Assembly: GCA_038087875.1 (NCBI GenBank)
Contig: JAXLNO010000051.1
Coordinates: forward strand, 310,001-374,000
DNA: 64,000 nt
Reading direction: 5' to 3'
Origin: Malacoraja senta
Taxonomy: Eukaryota
The notes under the pieces: generated by a model
Databases searched by the model: none
Told to the model about the DNA's origin: nothing
Seen by the model: only the letters and a program-made list of their open reading frames with translations
In this document: positions 1 to 14,300 of the stretch, in pieces
Layout of the letters: each line of letters begins with the position of its first letter
Numbering within the stretch: the first letter of the stretch is position 1
Program-made: the position numbers and the translations under genes

Positions 1-961
1 CTGTGGTCCATGGTTCTGGCCTCCCCCAACATCGGGAACATATTTCCTGCCTCTAGCGTGTCCCAGCCCTTAACAATCTTATATGTTTCAATGAGATATC
101 CTCTCATCCTTCTAAACTCCAAAGTGTCCAAGCCCAGATGCTCCATCCTGGGAATTAACTACGCTGGACTCCCTCAATAGCAAGAATGTACTTCCTCAAA
201 TTAGGGGACCAAAACTGCACACAATATTCCAGTTGTGGTCTCACTAGGGCTCTGTACAACCGCAGAAGGACCTCTTTGCTCCTATATTCGATTCCTCTTG
301 TTATAAAGGCCAACATGCCATTCGCTTTCTTCACTGCCTGCTGTACCTGCATGTTTACTTTCATAGACTGGTGTACAAGGACCCCCAGATCCCGTTGTAC
401 TTCCTCGTTTCCCAACTTGACGCTATTTAGATAGAAATCTGCCTTCCTGTTTTTGCTACCAAAGTGGATAACCTCACATTTATCCGAATTGAACTTCATC
501 TGCCATGCATCTGCCCACTCCCCAACCTGTCCAAGTCACCCTGCATTCTCATAGCATCCTCCGCCCAGTTCACACTGCCACCCAGCTTTGTATCTGCAAA
601 TTGCCTAATGTTACTTTGAATATCTTCATCCAAATCATTGATGTATATTATAAATAGCTGAGGTCGCAGCACCGAGCCTTTCGGTACGCCACTAGTCACT
701 GCCTGCCATTCTGAAAGGGACCAGTTAATCCTTATTCTTTGTTTCCTGTCTGCCAACCACTTCTCTATCCATGTCAGTACTCTACCCCCAATACCATGTG
801 CCCTAATTGTGCCCACTAATCTCCTATGTGGGACCTTATCAAATTCTTTCTGAAAGTCCAGGGACACTATATCCACGGGCTCTCCCTTGTCCATTTTCCT
901 AGTTACATCTTCAAAAAATTCCAGTAGATTAATCAAGCATGATTTACCCTTCGTAAATCCA
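1..961 (-). mobile_element. CR1-clade LINE fragment (RT region, 5'-truncated, continues past window start), degenerate
   Basis: ORFs 496..1146 and 155..499 carry CR1 RT motifs GFTKGKSCLINLLEFFE, LDFQKEFDKVPH, SGVPKGSVL, FAD-TKLGG, KCEVIHFG, LYRALVRPQLEYCVQFWSP; frameshifted. Reverse complement of 59403-60365. Confidence 0.93.
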
Positions 962-3900
962 AGTTGGAGTTGGAGTTCGAGTTCGAGATAGAATTGAGGG
1001 TCGAGATAGAATTCGAGTTCGAGATAGTTCGAGTTAGAGTTCAACTTCGAGCTCGAGTTCGAGTTAAATGAATGAATGAATGAATGAATGAATGAATGAA
1101 TGAATGAATGGATGAATACGTTTATTGGCCAAGTATTCACATACAAGGAATTTGCCTTGGTGCTCCGCCCGTAACTTGAATTCCAACTCGAGTTCGAGAT
1201 AGATAGTTTTCGAGTTCGAAATGGAGTTCGTGATAGAGTTCGTGTTAGAGTTCGAGTTCAAGTTGGAGTTGGAGTTGGAGTTGGAGTTCGAGATCGAGTT
1301 CGAGTTCGAGTTTGGGAGAGAGTTCGAGATAGCGTTAGAGTTCGAATTCGAATTCTAGTTCGAGATCGAGTTCGAGATAGAGTTCGAGTTCTAGAGAGAT
1401 TTCGAGATAGACTTCGAATTCGAGATAGATTTCGAGTTCGAGATAAAGTTTGTGATAGATTTCGAGTTCGAGATAGTGTTCGGGTTCGCGTTCAAGTTCG
1501 AGCTCGAGTTAGAGTTGAATGAATGAATGAATGAATGAATGAATGAATGAATGAATGAATGAATAAGTTTACTGGCCAAGTATTCGCATACAAGGAATTT
1601 GCCTTGGTGCTCCGCCCGTAAGTCGAATTCCAACTCGAGTTCGAGATAGAATATGAGGTCGAGTTCGCGTTCGAGTTCTAGATATTTCGAGTTCGAGATA
1701 GAGTTCGAGTTCGAGTTCGTATTCGAGTTCGCGAAAGAGTTCGAGATAGATATAGAGTTCGTGATAAAATTCGAGATACAGTTCGAGTTCAAGTTCGATT
1801 TGGAGTTGGAGTTGGAGTTCGCGTTCGAGTTCGAGATAGAGTTCGAGTACGAGATACAATTCGCGCTCGTTCGAGTACGAGTTCAAGATAGAGTTCGGGA
1901 GAGTTCGAGATAAATGAATGAATGAATGAATAAATGCATAAGTTTATTGGCCATGTATTCACATACAAAGAGTTTGTCTTGGTGCTCCGCCCTGAAGTCG
2001 ATAGAGATAGAGTTCGAGTCGTGATAGAATTAGAGTTAGAGTTCGAGTTCATGTTCGAGTTGGAGTTGGTTCGAGTTCAAGATAGAGCTCGAGTTCAAGT
2101 TCAAATTCGTTTGAGTTCGAGTTCAAGTTCGAGATAGAGTTCGAGTTCGAGTTCGAGTTGAATGAATGAATGAATGGATGAATGAATGAATGAATACGTT
2201 TATTGGCCAAGTATACACATACAAGGAATTTGCCTTGGTGCTCCGCCCGTAAGTCGAAATCCAACTCGAGTTCGAGATAGAATATGAGGTCGAGTTCGCG
2301 TTCGAGTTCTAGATAGTTCGAGTGCGAGATAGAGTTCGAGTTCGAGTTCGTTTTCGAGTTCGCGAAAGTTCGAGATAGATATAGAGTTCGTGATAAAATT
2401 CGAGATACAGTTCAAGTTCAAGTTCGATTTGGAGTTGGAGTTGGAGTTCGCGTTCGAGTTCGAGATAGAGTTCGAGTACGAGATACAATTCGAGCTCGTT
2501 CGAGTACGAGTTCAAGATAGAGTTCGAGAGAGTTCGAGATAAATGAATGAATGAATGAATAAATGCATAAGTTTATTGGCCATGTATTCACATACAAAGA
2601 GTTTGTCTTGGTGCTCCGCCCTGAAGTCGATAGAGATCGAGTTCGAGTCGTGATAGAATTAGAGTTAGAGTTCGAGTTCATGTTCGAGTTGGAGTTGGTT
2701 CGAGTTCAAGATAGAGTTCGAGTTCAAGTTCAAATTCGTTTGTTCGAGTTCAAGTTCGAGATAGAGTTCGAGTTCGAGTTCGAGTTGAATGAATGAATGA
2801 ATGGATGAATGAATGAATGAATACGTTTATTGGCCAAGTATTCACATACAAGGAATTTGCCTTGGTGCTGTGCCCGTAAGTCGAAATCCAACTCGAGTTC
2901 GAGATCGAATTCGAGTTCGAGTTCGAGATAGATTTCGAGTTCGAGATAGAGTTCGAGGTCGAGATAGAGTTCGAGTTTGAATTCGAGTTTTAGCTAGAGA
3001 TAGAGTTCGAGTTCAAGATGGAGTTCGTGTTCAAGATAGAGTTCCAGTTCGAGATCGAGTTTTAGATCGAGTTCGCGTTCGAGATAGATCGAGATAGAGT
3101 TCGAGTTCGAGATAGTTCGAGTTCGAGATCAGAGTTCGAGTTCGAGATATAGTACAAGTTCGAGTTCGAGTTTTGGTTAGAGAGAGAGATCGAGATAGAG
3201 TTCGAGTTCGAATTCGAGTTCGAGTACGGGATAGAATTCGAGTTCGAGTTCGAGATAGAATTCGAGTTCGAGTTCGTTCGAGCTCGAGTTCGAGTTAAAT
3301 GAATGAAAGATTGTATAAGTTTATTGACTGAGTATTCACCAAGTTTATTGGGCAAGATTTATGCCTTGGTTCTCCGCCCGAAAGTCGAACCCGAACTCGA
3401 GTTCGCGATAGTTCGAGTTCGAGATAGGGTTCGAGATTGAGATCGAGATCGAGGTCGAGTTCGAGTTCGAGAGAGAGTTCGAGATAGATTTCGAGATAAA
3501 TTTCGAGTTCGAAATAGAGCTCGAGTTCGAGATTGAGTTCGACTTCGAGATAGAGTTCGAGATCGAGATAGAGATCGAGATCGAGTTAGAGTTAGAGAGT
3601 TCCATATAGAGTTCGAGTTCAAGATAGTTCGAGTTCGAGTTCAAGATAGAGCTCGAGTTCGAGTTCGAGTTCGCGTTCGAGATAGTTCGAGATAGAGTTC
3701 GAGATAGTTCGAGTTCAAATTCGAGTTTTAGCTAGAAATAGAGTTCGAGTTCAAGATAGATTTCGAGTTCGAGTTCAAGATAAAGTTCGAGTTCTAGATC
3801 GAGGTCGAGTTTGAGATCGAGTTCGCGTTCGAGATATTTCGAGATAGAGTTCGAGATAGAGTTCAAGTTCGAGAGAGAGTTCGAGATATTTCGGGTTCGA

Positions 3901-3968
3901 GATAAGTGTTCGAGTACGAGATAGTTCGAGTTCGAGATAGAGTACGAGTTCGAGTTCGAGATTTAGTT

Positions 3969-3970
<2 letters not shown>

Positions 3971-4027
<57 letters not shown>
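3971..4027. repeat. (AG)n microsatellite
   Basis: Pure AG run seen directly. Confidence 0.95.
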
Positions 4028-4029
<2 letters not shown>

Positions 4030-7000
4030 TTTCGAGATAGATTTCGAGTTCGAGAGAGAGTTAGAGTTCGAGATAGAGTTAGAGTTCTAGATTGAGTTCG
4101 AGTTCGAGTTCGTTTTCGAGTTCGCGAAAGAGTTCGAGATAGATATAGAGTTCGTAATAAAATTCGAGATACAGTTCGAGTTCAAGTTCGATTTGGAGTT
4201 GGAGTTGGAGTTCGCGTTCGAGTTCGAGATAGAGTTCGAGTACGAGATACAATTCGAGCTCGTTCGAGTACGAGTTCAAGATAGAGTTCGAGAGAGTTCG
4301 AGATAAATGAATGAATGAATGAATAAATGCATAAGTTTATTGGCCATGTATTCACATACAAAGAGTTTGTCTTGGTGCTCCGCCCTGAAGTCGATAGAGA
4401 TAGAGTTCGAGTCGTGATAGAATTAGAGTTAGAGTTCGAGTTCATGTTCGAGTTGGAGTTGGTTCGAGTTCAAGATAGAGTTCGAGTTCAAGTTCAAATT
4501 CGTTTGTTCGAGTTCAAGTTCGAGATAGAGTTCGAGTTCGAGTTCGAGTTGAATGAATGAATGAATGGATGAATGAATGAATGAATACGTTTATTGACCA
4601 AGTATTCACATACAAGGAATTTGCCTTGGTGCTCCGCCCGTAAGTCGAAATCCAACTCGAGTTCGAGATCGAATTCGAGTTCGAGTTCGAGATAGATTTC
4701 GAGTTCGAGATAGAGTTCGAGGTTGAGATAGAGTTCGAGTTTGAATTCGAGTTTTAGCTAGAGATAGAGTTCGAGTTCAAGATGGAGTTCGTGTTCAAGA
4801 TAGAGTTCCAGTTCGAGATCGAGTTTTCGATCGAGTTCGCGTTCGAGATAGATCGAGATAGAGTTCGAGTTCGAGATAGTTCGAGTTCGAGATCAGAGTT
4901 CGAGTTCGAGATATAGTACGAGTTCGAGTTCGAGCTTTGGTTAGAGAGAGAGATCGAGATAGAGTTCGAGTTCGAATTCGAGTTCGAGTACGGGATAGAA
5001 TTCGAGTTCGAGTTCGAGATAGAATTCGAGTTCGAGTTCGTTCGAGCTCGAGTTCGAGTTAAATGAATGAAAGATTGTATACGTTTATTGACTGAGTATT
5101 CACCAAGTTTATTGGGCAAGATTTATGCCTTGGTTCTCCGCCCGAAAGTCGAACCCGAACTCGAGTTCGCGATAGTTCGAGTTCGAGATAGGGTTCGAGA
5201 TTGAGATCGAGATCGAGGTCGAGTTCGAGTTCGAGAGAGAGTTCGAGATAGATTTCTAGATAAATTTCGAGTTCGAAATAGAGCTCGAGTTCGAGATTGA
5301 GTTCGACTTCGAGATAGAGTTCGAGATCGAGATAGAGATCGAGATCGAGTTAGAGTTAGAGAGAGAGTTCCATATAGAGTTCGAGTTCAAGATAGTTCGA
5401 GTTCGAGTTCAAGATAGAGCTCGAGTTCGAGTTCGAGTTCGCGTTCGAGATAGTTCGAGATAGAGTTCGAGATAGAGTTCGAGTTCAAATTCGAGTTTTA
5501 GTTAGAAATAGAGTTCGAGTTCAAGGTAGATTTCGAGTTCGAGTTCAAGATAAAGTTCGAGTTCTAGATCGAGGTCGAGTTTGGGATCGAGTTCGCGTTC
5601 GAGATATTTCGAGATAGAGTTCGAGATAGAGTTCAAGTTCGAAAGAGAGTTCGAGATATTTCGCGTTCGAGATAAGTGTTCGAGTACGAGATAGTTCGAG
5701 TTCGAGATAGAGTACGAGTTCGAGTTCGAGATTTAGTTAGAGAGAGAGAGAGAGTTCGAGAGAGAGAGTTCGAGATAGAGTTCGAGATATATTTCGAGAT
5801 AGATTTCGAGTTCGAGAGAGAGTAAGAGTTCGAGATAGAGTTAGAGTTCGAGATTGAGTTCGAGTTCGAGCGAGAGATAGAGTTCGAGTTCAAGATAGAG
5901 TTCGAGTTCAGGTTCGAATTCGAGTTCGAGATCGAGATCGAGTTCGAGATAGAGTTCGTATTCGAGATAGTTCGAGATACAGTTCGAGTTCGAGAGAGAT
6001 TTCGAGATAGTTCGAGTTCGAGTTCGAGATAAGAGTTCGAGTTCGAGATAGATTACGAGTTCGAGTTCGAGTTTTAGTTAGAGAGAGAGTTCGAGATATA
6101 GTTCGAGTTCGAATTCGAGTTAGAGTTCGAGATTGAATTCGAGTTCGAGTTCGAGTTGAATGAATGAAAGAATGTATAAGTTTATTGACTAAGTATTCAC
6201 CAAGTTTATTGGCCAAGATTGTTGCCTTGGTGCTCCGCCCGAAAGTCGAACCCGAACTCGAGTTCGAGATAGAGTTCGAGTTCGAGATAGGCTTCGAGAT
6301 CGAGATAGAGATCGAGATAAATTTCGAGTTCGAGATAGTTCGAGATAGATTTCGAGATAAATTTCGAGTTCGAGATAGAGTTCGACTTCGAGATAGATTT
6401 CGAAATAGATTTCTAGTTCGAGATAGAGTTCGAGTTCGAGATAGAATTTGAGATCGAGATCGAGATTGAGATCAGGATAGTGTTCGGGTTCGAGTTCGAG
6501 ATCGAGTTTGCGTTCGAGATAGTACGAGATAGAGTTCGAGATCGAGTTCGAGATAAGAGTTCGAGTTCGAGATAGAGTACGAGTTCGAGTTCGAGTTTTA
6601 GTTCGATAGAGAGTTCGAGTTGAATGAATGAATGAATGAATGAATGAATAAGTTTATTGGACAAGTATTCACAAACAAGGAATTTGCCTTGGTGCTCCGC
6701 CCGTAAGTCGAAATCCAACTCGAGTTCGAGATAGATTTCGAGTTCGAGTTCGAGATAGATTTCGAGTTCGAGATAAAGTTCGAGGTCGGGATAGTTCGAA
6801 TTCGAATTCGTGTTTTAGCTAGAGATAGAGTTCGAGTTCAAGACAGATTTTGAGTTCGAGTTCAAGATAGAGTTCGTTCGAGAACGAGATCGAGTTTGAG
6901 ATCGAGCGCGTTTGAGATAGTTCGAGATAGAGTTCGAGATTGAGTTCAGGTTCGAGAGAGAGTTCGAGATATTTCGAATTCGAGTTCGAGATAGAGTACG

Positions 7001-8779
7001 AGTTCGAATTTTAGTTAGAGAGAGAGTTCGAGAGCGAGTTCGAGATAGAGGTCGAGTTCAAGTTGGAGTTGGAGTTGGAGTTGGAGTTCGAATTAAATGA
7101 ATGTATAAATGAATGAATACGTTTATTGGCCAACTATTCACATACAAGGAATTTGCCTTGGTGCACCGCCGGTAACTCGAACTCCAACTAGACTTCGAGA
7201 TCGATTTCGAGTTCGGGTTCGAGATTGACTTCGAGTTCAAGATAGAGTTCGAGTTCGCGTTCGAGATCGTTCGCGATAGTTCGAGATAAGAGTTCGAGTT
7301 CGAGAGAGTTCGAGTTCGTGATAGAGTACGAGTTCGAGATCGAGTTCGATTCGAGTTGACTGAATGAATGAATAAAGGTATGAATGAATATGTTTATTGG
7401 CCAAGTATTCACATACAAGGAATTTGCCTTGATGCTCCACCCGCAAATCGAACTCGAACTCGAGTTTGAGATCGAGTTCGAGATGGAGATAGAGTTCGAC
7501 GTCGAGATAGAGTTCGTGATAGAGTTTGAGTTCAAGTTTGAGCTCGAGTTCGTGTTAAATGAATGAATGAATGAATGATTGAATATGTTTATTGGCAAAG
7601 TATTCACATACTAGGTGTTTGCCTTGGTACTCCGCCCGGTAGTCGAAATCCAACTCGGGATCGAGATCGAATTCGAGTTCGAGTTCGAGATAGATTTCGA
7701 GTTCGAGATAAAGTTCGATGTCGAGATAGTTCTAGTTCGGATTCGAGTTTTAGCTGGAGATAGTTCGAGTTCAAGATAGAGTTCGAGTTCGATTTCAAGA
7801 TAAAGTTCGAGTTCGAGATCGAGTTTGAGATAGTTTAAGATCGAGTACGCGTTCGAGAGAGTACGAGATAGAGTTCGAGATAGAGTTCGAGTTCGAATTC
7901 GAGTTCGAGTTCGAGATAGAGTATGAGATAGAGTTCAAGACAGAGTTCGAGTTCGAATTCGAGTTCGAGTTAGAGTTCGAATTCGAGTTCGAGATCGAGA
8001 TCGTGTTCGATATAGAATTCGAGTTCGAGTTCAAGTTGGAGCTCGAGTTCGAGTTGAATGAATGAATGAATGAATAAGTTTATTGGCCAAGTATTCACAA
8101 ACAAGGAATTTGTCTTGGTGCTCCGCCCGCAAGTAGAAATCAACCTCGAAATCGAGATAGAATTCGCGTTCGAGAGAGTTCGAGTTCGAGTTCGAAATAG
8201 AGTTCGACTTCGAGATAGTTCGAGTTAGAGATCGAGTTCGAGTTATAGTTCGGGTTCGAATTCGAGTACGAGTTCGAGGTCGAGTTCGAGATAGAGTTTG
8301 AGTTAGAGATAGTTCGTTAGAATTCGAGTTCGAGTTCGAGTTCTATTTCGAGTTCGAGATAGAGTTCGTGAAAGAGTTCGAGTTCAATTTCGAGTTGGAG
8401 TTGGTTCGCGTTCGAGAGTTCGAGTTCGAGTTCGAGTTCGAGAGAGAGTTCGAGATAGAGTTCGAGTTAGTGTTCGAATTCCAGTTCGTATTCGCGTTCG
8501 ATTGAGAGTTCGTCATAGTTCGAGTTCGAGATCGAGTTCGAGATAGAGTTGGAGTTCGAGTTGGGGAGTGATTTCGACATATAGTTCTGGAGAGTTAGAG
8601 TTCGAGATAGTGTTCAAGGTCGAGATCGTGTTCCTGAAAGAGTTCGAGATCGAGTTCGTTCGAATTGGAATGGGAGTTGGAGTTCGAGATAGAGTTCTCG
8701 TTCGAGATAGAGTTCGAGCTCGAGATTTTGTTCGACTTCGAGTTCGAGTACTAGTTCGAGATCGTGTTCGAGATCGAGT

Positions 8780-8959
<180 letters not shown>

Positions 8960-9235
8960 AGTTCGAATTCGAGTTCGAGATAGAGTTCGAGTTCTAGTTC
9001 AATTTCGAGTTCGCGCTCGAGTTCGACTTCGGACTTCCGATGGCGCTATGGAGCACTGAAGGCGGCACATTGAGCTCCTCTCCGGCAACAACTGTTAAAA
9101 ACCGTTAAAAAGCTGTTTTCTAAATCATTACCGATTTAAAAAACTCACCGGACCTGCTTGGCGTTGCGTAAGGGTGAAGTCATCAGAAGGCGACGCGAAA
9201 AACGGGAGTTTAACGTTAAAAATCGGGAATTTTCA

Positions 9236-10314
9236 ATGAGAAGAGAAAAAGGCTCACGAGCACCCAAGAAGAACACCATAATTCTCCAACTCGAGAAAGT
9301 CTTGGATACTCTGCAAACGACAGAAGAAGGCTCACAAGGCTCAGAAGAAGAAGAATTCGACAGCCAAGGATCTCTGCTTGAAATGGCTGCAAAAGGAGAC
9401 AAGAAGGAGAAGGAGGTAAAGCAAATGATTTTAGAAATGTCTGCTACAATCAATGCTACACTGGAAAAGATCCAGAGTATGGAGTCTAATATGGAGAGTA
9501 ATAAGCAGAGTATCGAGACTAATATGGAGAGAATTTCTCAAAAAAATTATACAGCTTACGGTGAGTTAAAGGAGCTGAATAAACAACATTAGGAGGCTGA
9601 TAAAAAATTAGAATGTGCTAGACTCGCAAATGACTATAATAAGAAATTCACTGATGTTAATGATAATATGGGAAAGCTGGATGAGTTAATGGAAGAGATG
9701 GAGAATGAAATGAAAGTAATGGCCACTGAATTAAAGAGTTTGAAAAAATCACAAAAAACTGAAGAAGAAAAACGTAAAAATGACGGATAAATGTCTGGAC
9801 TTGGATGCAAGATCGAGAAGGCAGAATTTGAGAATTGTTGGAGTGAGAAGGACGAGAGGGTCATGGATCTCAAACATGTACTTTTGTTACTGACTTACTC
9901 AAAGATGTTTTTGAACTGCCGGGAGCACCAAGAATAGATGTGGCTCACAGAGTTGGACGTGTTTCAAAAGAGGCAAATGCTCCTCCAAGACAGATAATTG
10001 TGAAATTCCTCGATATCTCTTCAGTGGAATTTGTATTGAAAAAAATTACTCATGGGGAGAATCTGACATATCGTGGGGATAATATTCGATTTTTCCGGGA
10101 TTACCCCCCGGAGGTCGTCCAGAGAAGGAACTTGTTTACACAGACAAGAAATATTCTGAAAGGGATACGCGATGTGAGATATGGAATTGTTTATCCAGCT
10201 AAAATGAAGATTACTCATAATGGCACTGTACGCTCGTTCACAGACCCCGAAAAAGCTTTTACATGTGCAGAGGATATCGTAAAGAAAACATCTGGTGAAG
10301 TGGATGAAGAATGA
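9236..10314 (+). pseudogene. L1 ORF1p remnant (coiled coil plus RRM/CTD-type region)
   Basis: E/K-rich coiled-coil-like ORF 9158..9592, then AHRVG..PPRQIIVKFL..IRFFRDYPPEVVQRR..YGIVYPAKMKITHNG (9940..10314); stops and frameshifts between them. Start codon uncertain. Confidence 0.85.
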
Positions 10315-11370
10315 TCTGTTTAACTTTTAGGACTGGTTAATATGGCGGAATTTTCCTGACAGTTAGCAAGCTTATCTGTCTGGAATGTGTTTGGGAGAGT
10401 ACTGTCTATATTTCACCTTGAATGAAAAGCTTAAAGATAAACAAAAGACGTTGAAGACACAGAATTAACGAGGGAATGTATAATGGACATGGAACAACAT
10501 GGGATATAAAATCTGCTGATTTAAGAAGATTTTTAATTATTATACTCCAATTATAAATAATTAACGACTTTAACAAATTTAACAATACTAATTATTTGTG
10601 AATGTATGTAGTAAATATGAATAAATCATGAATAAATCATGAGGGGGAAGGAGATAATGGGAGTGTATATAATTATGATTTGTCACTAAAACGTCTATAA
10701 CACTACTAACATACCTTTTTTGTTGTTGTGTGAGTAGGAGTTAGTTGCAGCATATAACTGGAAGAGATCCTGTAGTGAGGTTTTGTTTAACCCCTTGGTA
10801 CCTGTTTGTATGTGTAAGAATTCTGGGTGGATATATATGGTAAAGCTTAGACTAGATTAAGGTTAGATAAATTGGAAGGGCGTATATACTTATAAAATTG
10901 AACTTAGGTTGTGTTTTATATTAGTTTTTTTTCATTTTTTATGTCTCCCTTTGATTTTTTTTGTTAATCTTTTTCGGTTTTTATTGGGGCTGGTTTGATA
11001 AATTTATATAAGCAAAGATAAAATATGTAACGGTCTGTAGCTTTTTATGAAGATCTATTAAGGAGTTGGAGCTCAATGTATAACAACGTCAACGGAAGTC
11101 TATACATTTTTCGCCACCTTAGGTGGCCATTCGTCTTTAAGATATCTTTTCTTAGATATCTTAAGAGCACTTTTTTTTCACTATAAAGACTTTTAGTCGC
11201 TCACTTTTTTTGTAATCAATTTTATATCACATCTTTCTTTTCTTTTCCAAAGGCACTACACAAGAAGGAGATGCTATATAAATCTAAACATTTGGCATGA
11301 CCACCCAACACCCAGAACTCTGAGGTATTTGGTTGCACCATATGATTCAGGAATACTATTTTGATATATA

Positions 11371-14300
11371 ATGCAAAACGATAGACAAATAAAGAATGGA
11401 GGAATTACATTCTGTAGTTGGAATATAAGGGGTGCGAATGAACCAATTAAGAGGGGTAAAATTGTTGCTCAACTAAAATCTATGAACAGCGACATAATGT
11501 TTTTACAGGAAACTCACATGAAACAACAAACACAAATGAGATTAAAGGCGAAGTGGATAGGTCAAACATATTATTCGTCATTTACATCTAAATCGATAGG
11601 TACGGCTATTCTTATCCGAAAAGGTATACCTTTTAAATTAAAGAACACTATATCAGTTAAAGAGGGAAGGTATATTATAGTTTCGGGAGAAATTTATGCA
11701 ACCCCACTAACTATGATAAATATTTACGCTCCGTACTTTGACAACCCCAAATTTTTTGATAAAATTATAGATATATCAGAGTTTAATTATCAGAATGTGA
11801 TAAAAGGAAGGGACTTCAATTGTGTTTTAGATCCGTATCTAGACAAATCAGTAAAACAAAAGAGGAGTAATTTAAAATCTAAGACTAGTGAACTTTTAAA
11901 TACATATATAAAAAATACTAATATAATAGATGTATGGAGATCTGCTAATCCAGCTGGAAGGGAATACTCGTTTTACTCTTCGGTACATAAAACTTATTCA
12001 AGAATTGATTATTTTTTAGTGGATATGAAATTAATGCCATATACAATTAATCCAACGTACCACATTAGTAGTATTTCTGATCACTCTCCACTGACATTTT
12101 CAGTAAAATTCGAGGGAATGCTGGGTAAAAATTTTTTGGGGCGGTTTAATACACATATTTTAAATGACATACAAGGTTATCAATATTTAAAACAACAAAT
12201 GAAACTTTTTTTTTATACAAATGATATGCCAGGTACCTCGCCTTCTTTATTATGGGAAACTTTTAAGGCATTTATTAGAGGAATTATAATTTCATACGAA
12301 ATTTTTCAAAATAAAAAGAATAAGACAGAACAAATGTTGCTAGAACAAGAAATTAGACAGTTAGAGTTAGATAATGCTAAAGACCACTATAGATAAACAT
12401 AATAAGATAATATTACTGAAATTTAAACTTAATCGAATTCTATCGGCAAGAGTAATATGATTATTCCAAATTATAATACAGGAACATTTTGAGTTTGGTG
12501 ACAAACCACATACGCTTTTAGCTCGTCAACTGAAAAACAAGAAAAATAAAATACTATAAATAAAATTAAATCAGAGAAAGGTGATTTACTAATACTACCT
12601 AAAGATATTAATAAAAGATTTGCTCAATTTTATCAAAATTTATATACATCAAAAACTAAAATAGAAGATAGTAAAATCAAGAATTATTTAGATAATTGTA
12701 ATCTTCCAAAACTTGACCTTTTGGAACAAGAGGAAGGACATTATAGCCCCAAATCTGAGGAAGGACATTATAGCCCCAAATCTAAGGAAGGACATTATAG
12801 CCATAGAGGGAGTGCAAAGAAGGTTCACCAGACTGATTCCTGGGATGTCAGGACTTTCATATGAAGAAAGACTGGATAGACTTGGCTTATACTCGCTAGA
12901 ATTTAGGAGATTGAGAGGGGATCTTATAGAAACGTACAAAATTCTTATGGGGTTGGACAGGCTAGATGCAGGAAGATTGTTCCCGATGTTGGGGAAGTCC
13001 AGGACAAGGGGTCACAGCTTAAGGATAAGGGGGGAATCCTTTAAGACCGAGATGAGTAAAAACTTTTTCACACAGAGAGTGGTGAATCTCTGGAACTCTC
13101 TGCCACAGAGGGTAGTTGAGGCCAGTTCATTGGCTATATTTAAGAGGGAGTTAGATGTGGCCCTTGTGGCTAAAGGGATCAGGGGGTATGGAGAGAAGGC
13201 AGGTACGGGATACTGAGTTGGATGATCAGCCATGATCATATTGAATGGCGGTGCTGGCTCGAAGGGCCGAATGGCCTACACCTGCACCTATTTTCTATGT
13301 ATCTATGTAAGAGGAACTTGGAGCTTAAATTACAATCGAAGAAATAGGTGAAACAATAAAATCGTTGACAAATGGTAAGACACCGGGACCAGACGGTTTT
13401 AGTAATGAATTTTATTAAAAAAAAACATGAGATAACGACTCCTTATTTATTTAATTTATATACTCACGCTTTTAAAGAAAATAAACTACCTGAAAGATTA
13501 GCAGAATCAACTATTACGCTTATTCCAAAAAAAGATAAAAATTTAGAGGATCCGGGCTCATATAGAGCGATTTCACTTTTAAATACAGACCAGAAAATTC
13601 TAGCAAAGACTTTAGTAAGAAGACTAAGCAAATATATTAGTAAATTGATAAACCCTGATCAAATGGGGTTTATACCCAAAAGATATTCATTTAATAATTT
13701 GCGACGCCTGTTTAATATAATGTACTCAGATAAAGTGGAGGAAGAAGATATATCAATTATTGCTCTGGATGCAGAGAAAGCATTTGATCAGGTAGAATTG
13801 CAGTATTTATACAAAGTATTGCAAAAAATTAATATGGGAGAGAATTTTATTACATGGGTAAAATTATTATATGATAAACCGATGGCAAGAATATTAACTA
13901 ATAATATGTTATCTCAAAAATTTCAATTATCAAGGGGTAATAGGCGTTATCACCCCTGCTATTTGCCCTTATGATAGAACCTTTGGCTGAAAGTATAAGA
14001 AGTCATCCGAATATTCAGGGTTATAATACTAGGGACTCAAATAATAACATTTCATTATATGCAGACGATATTCTTTTATATATTACAAAATCACAAACGA
14101 GCATACCAAATTTATTAAACTTAATAGAGGAATTTGGCTCCTTTTCTGGATATAGAATAAATTGGAATAAAAGTGAAATCATGACGTTAAAACCTCAAGA
14201 ATCTACACACTTACTGAAGTTCCCCTTTAAAACAGCAACATAAAAATTTAAATATTTGGGTAATCAGATTACTGGAAAATATAAAGCATTATTCCATGCT

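Noticed and set aside
9013..9030. TSD for the full-length L1 (TCGAGTTCGA.TTC on both sides)
   Set aside because: Indistinguishable from background hexamer, and the two copies have different 3' flanks.
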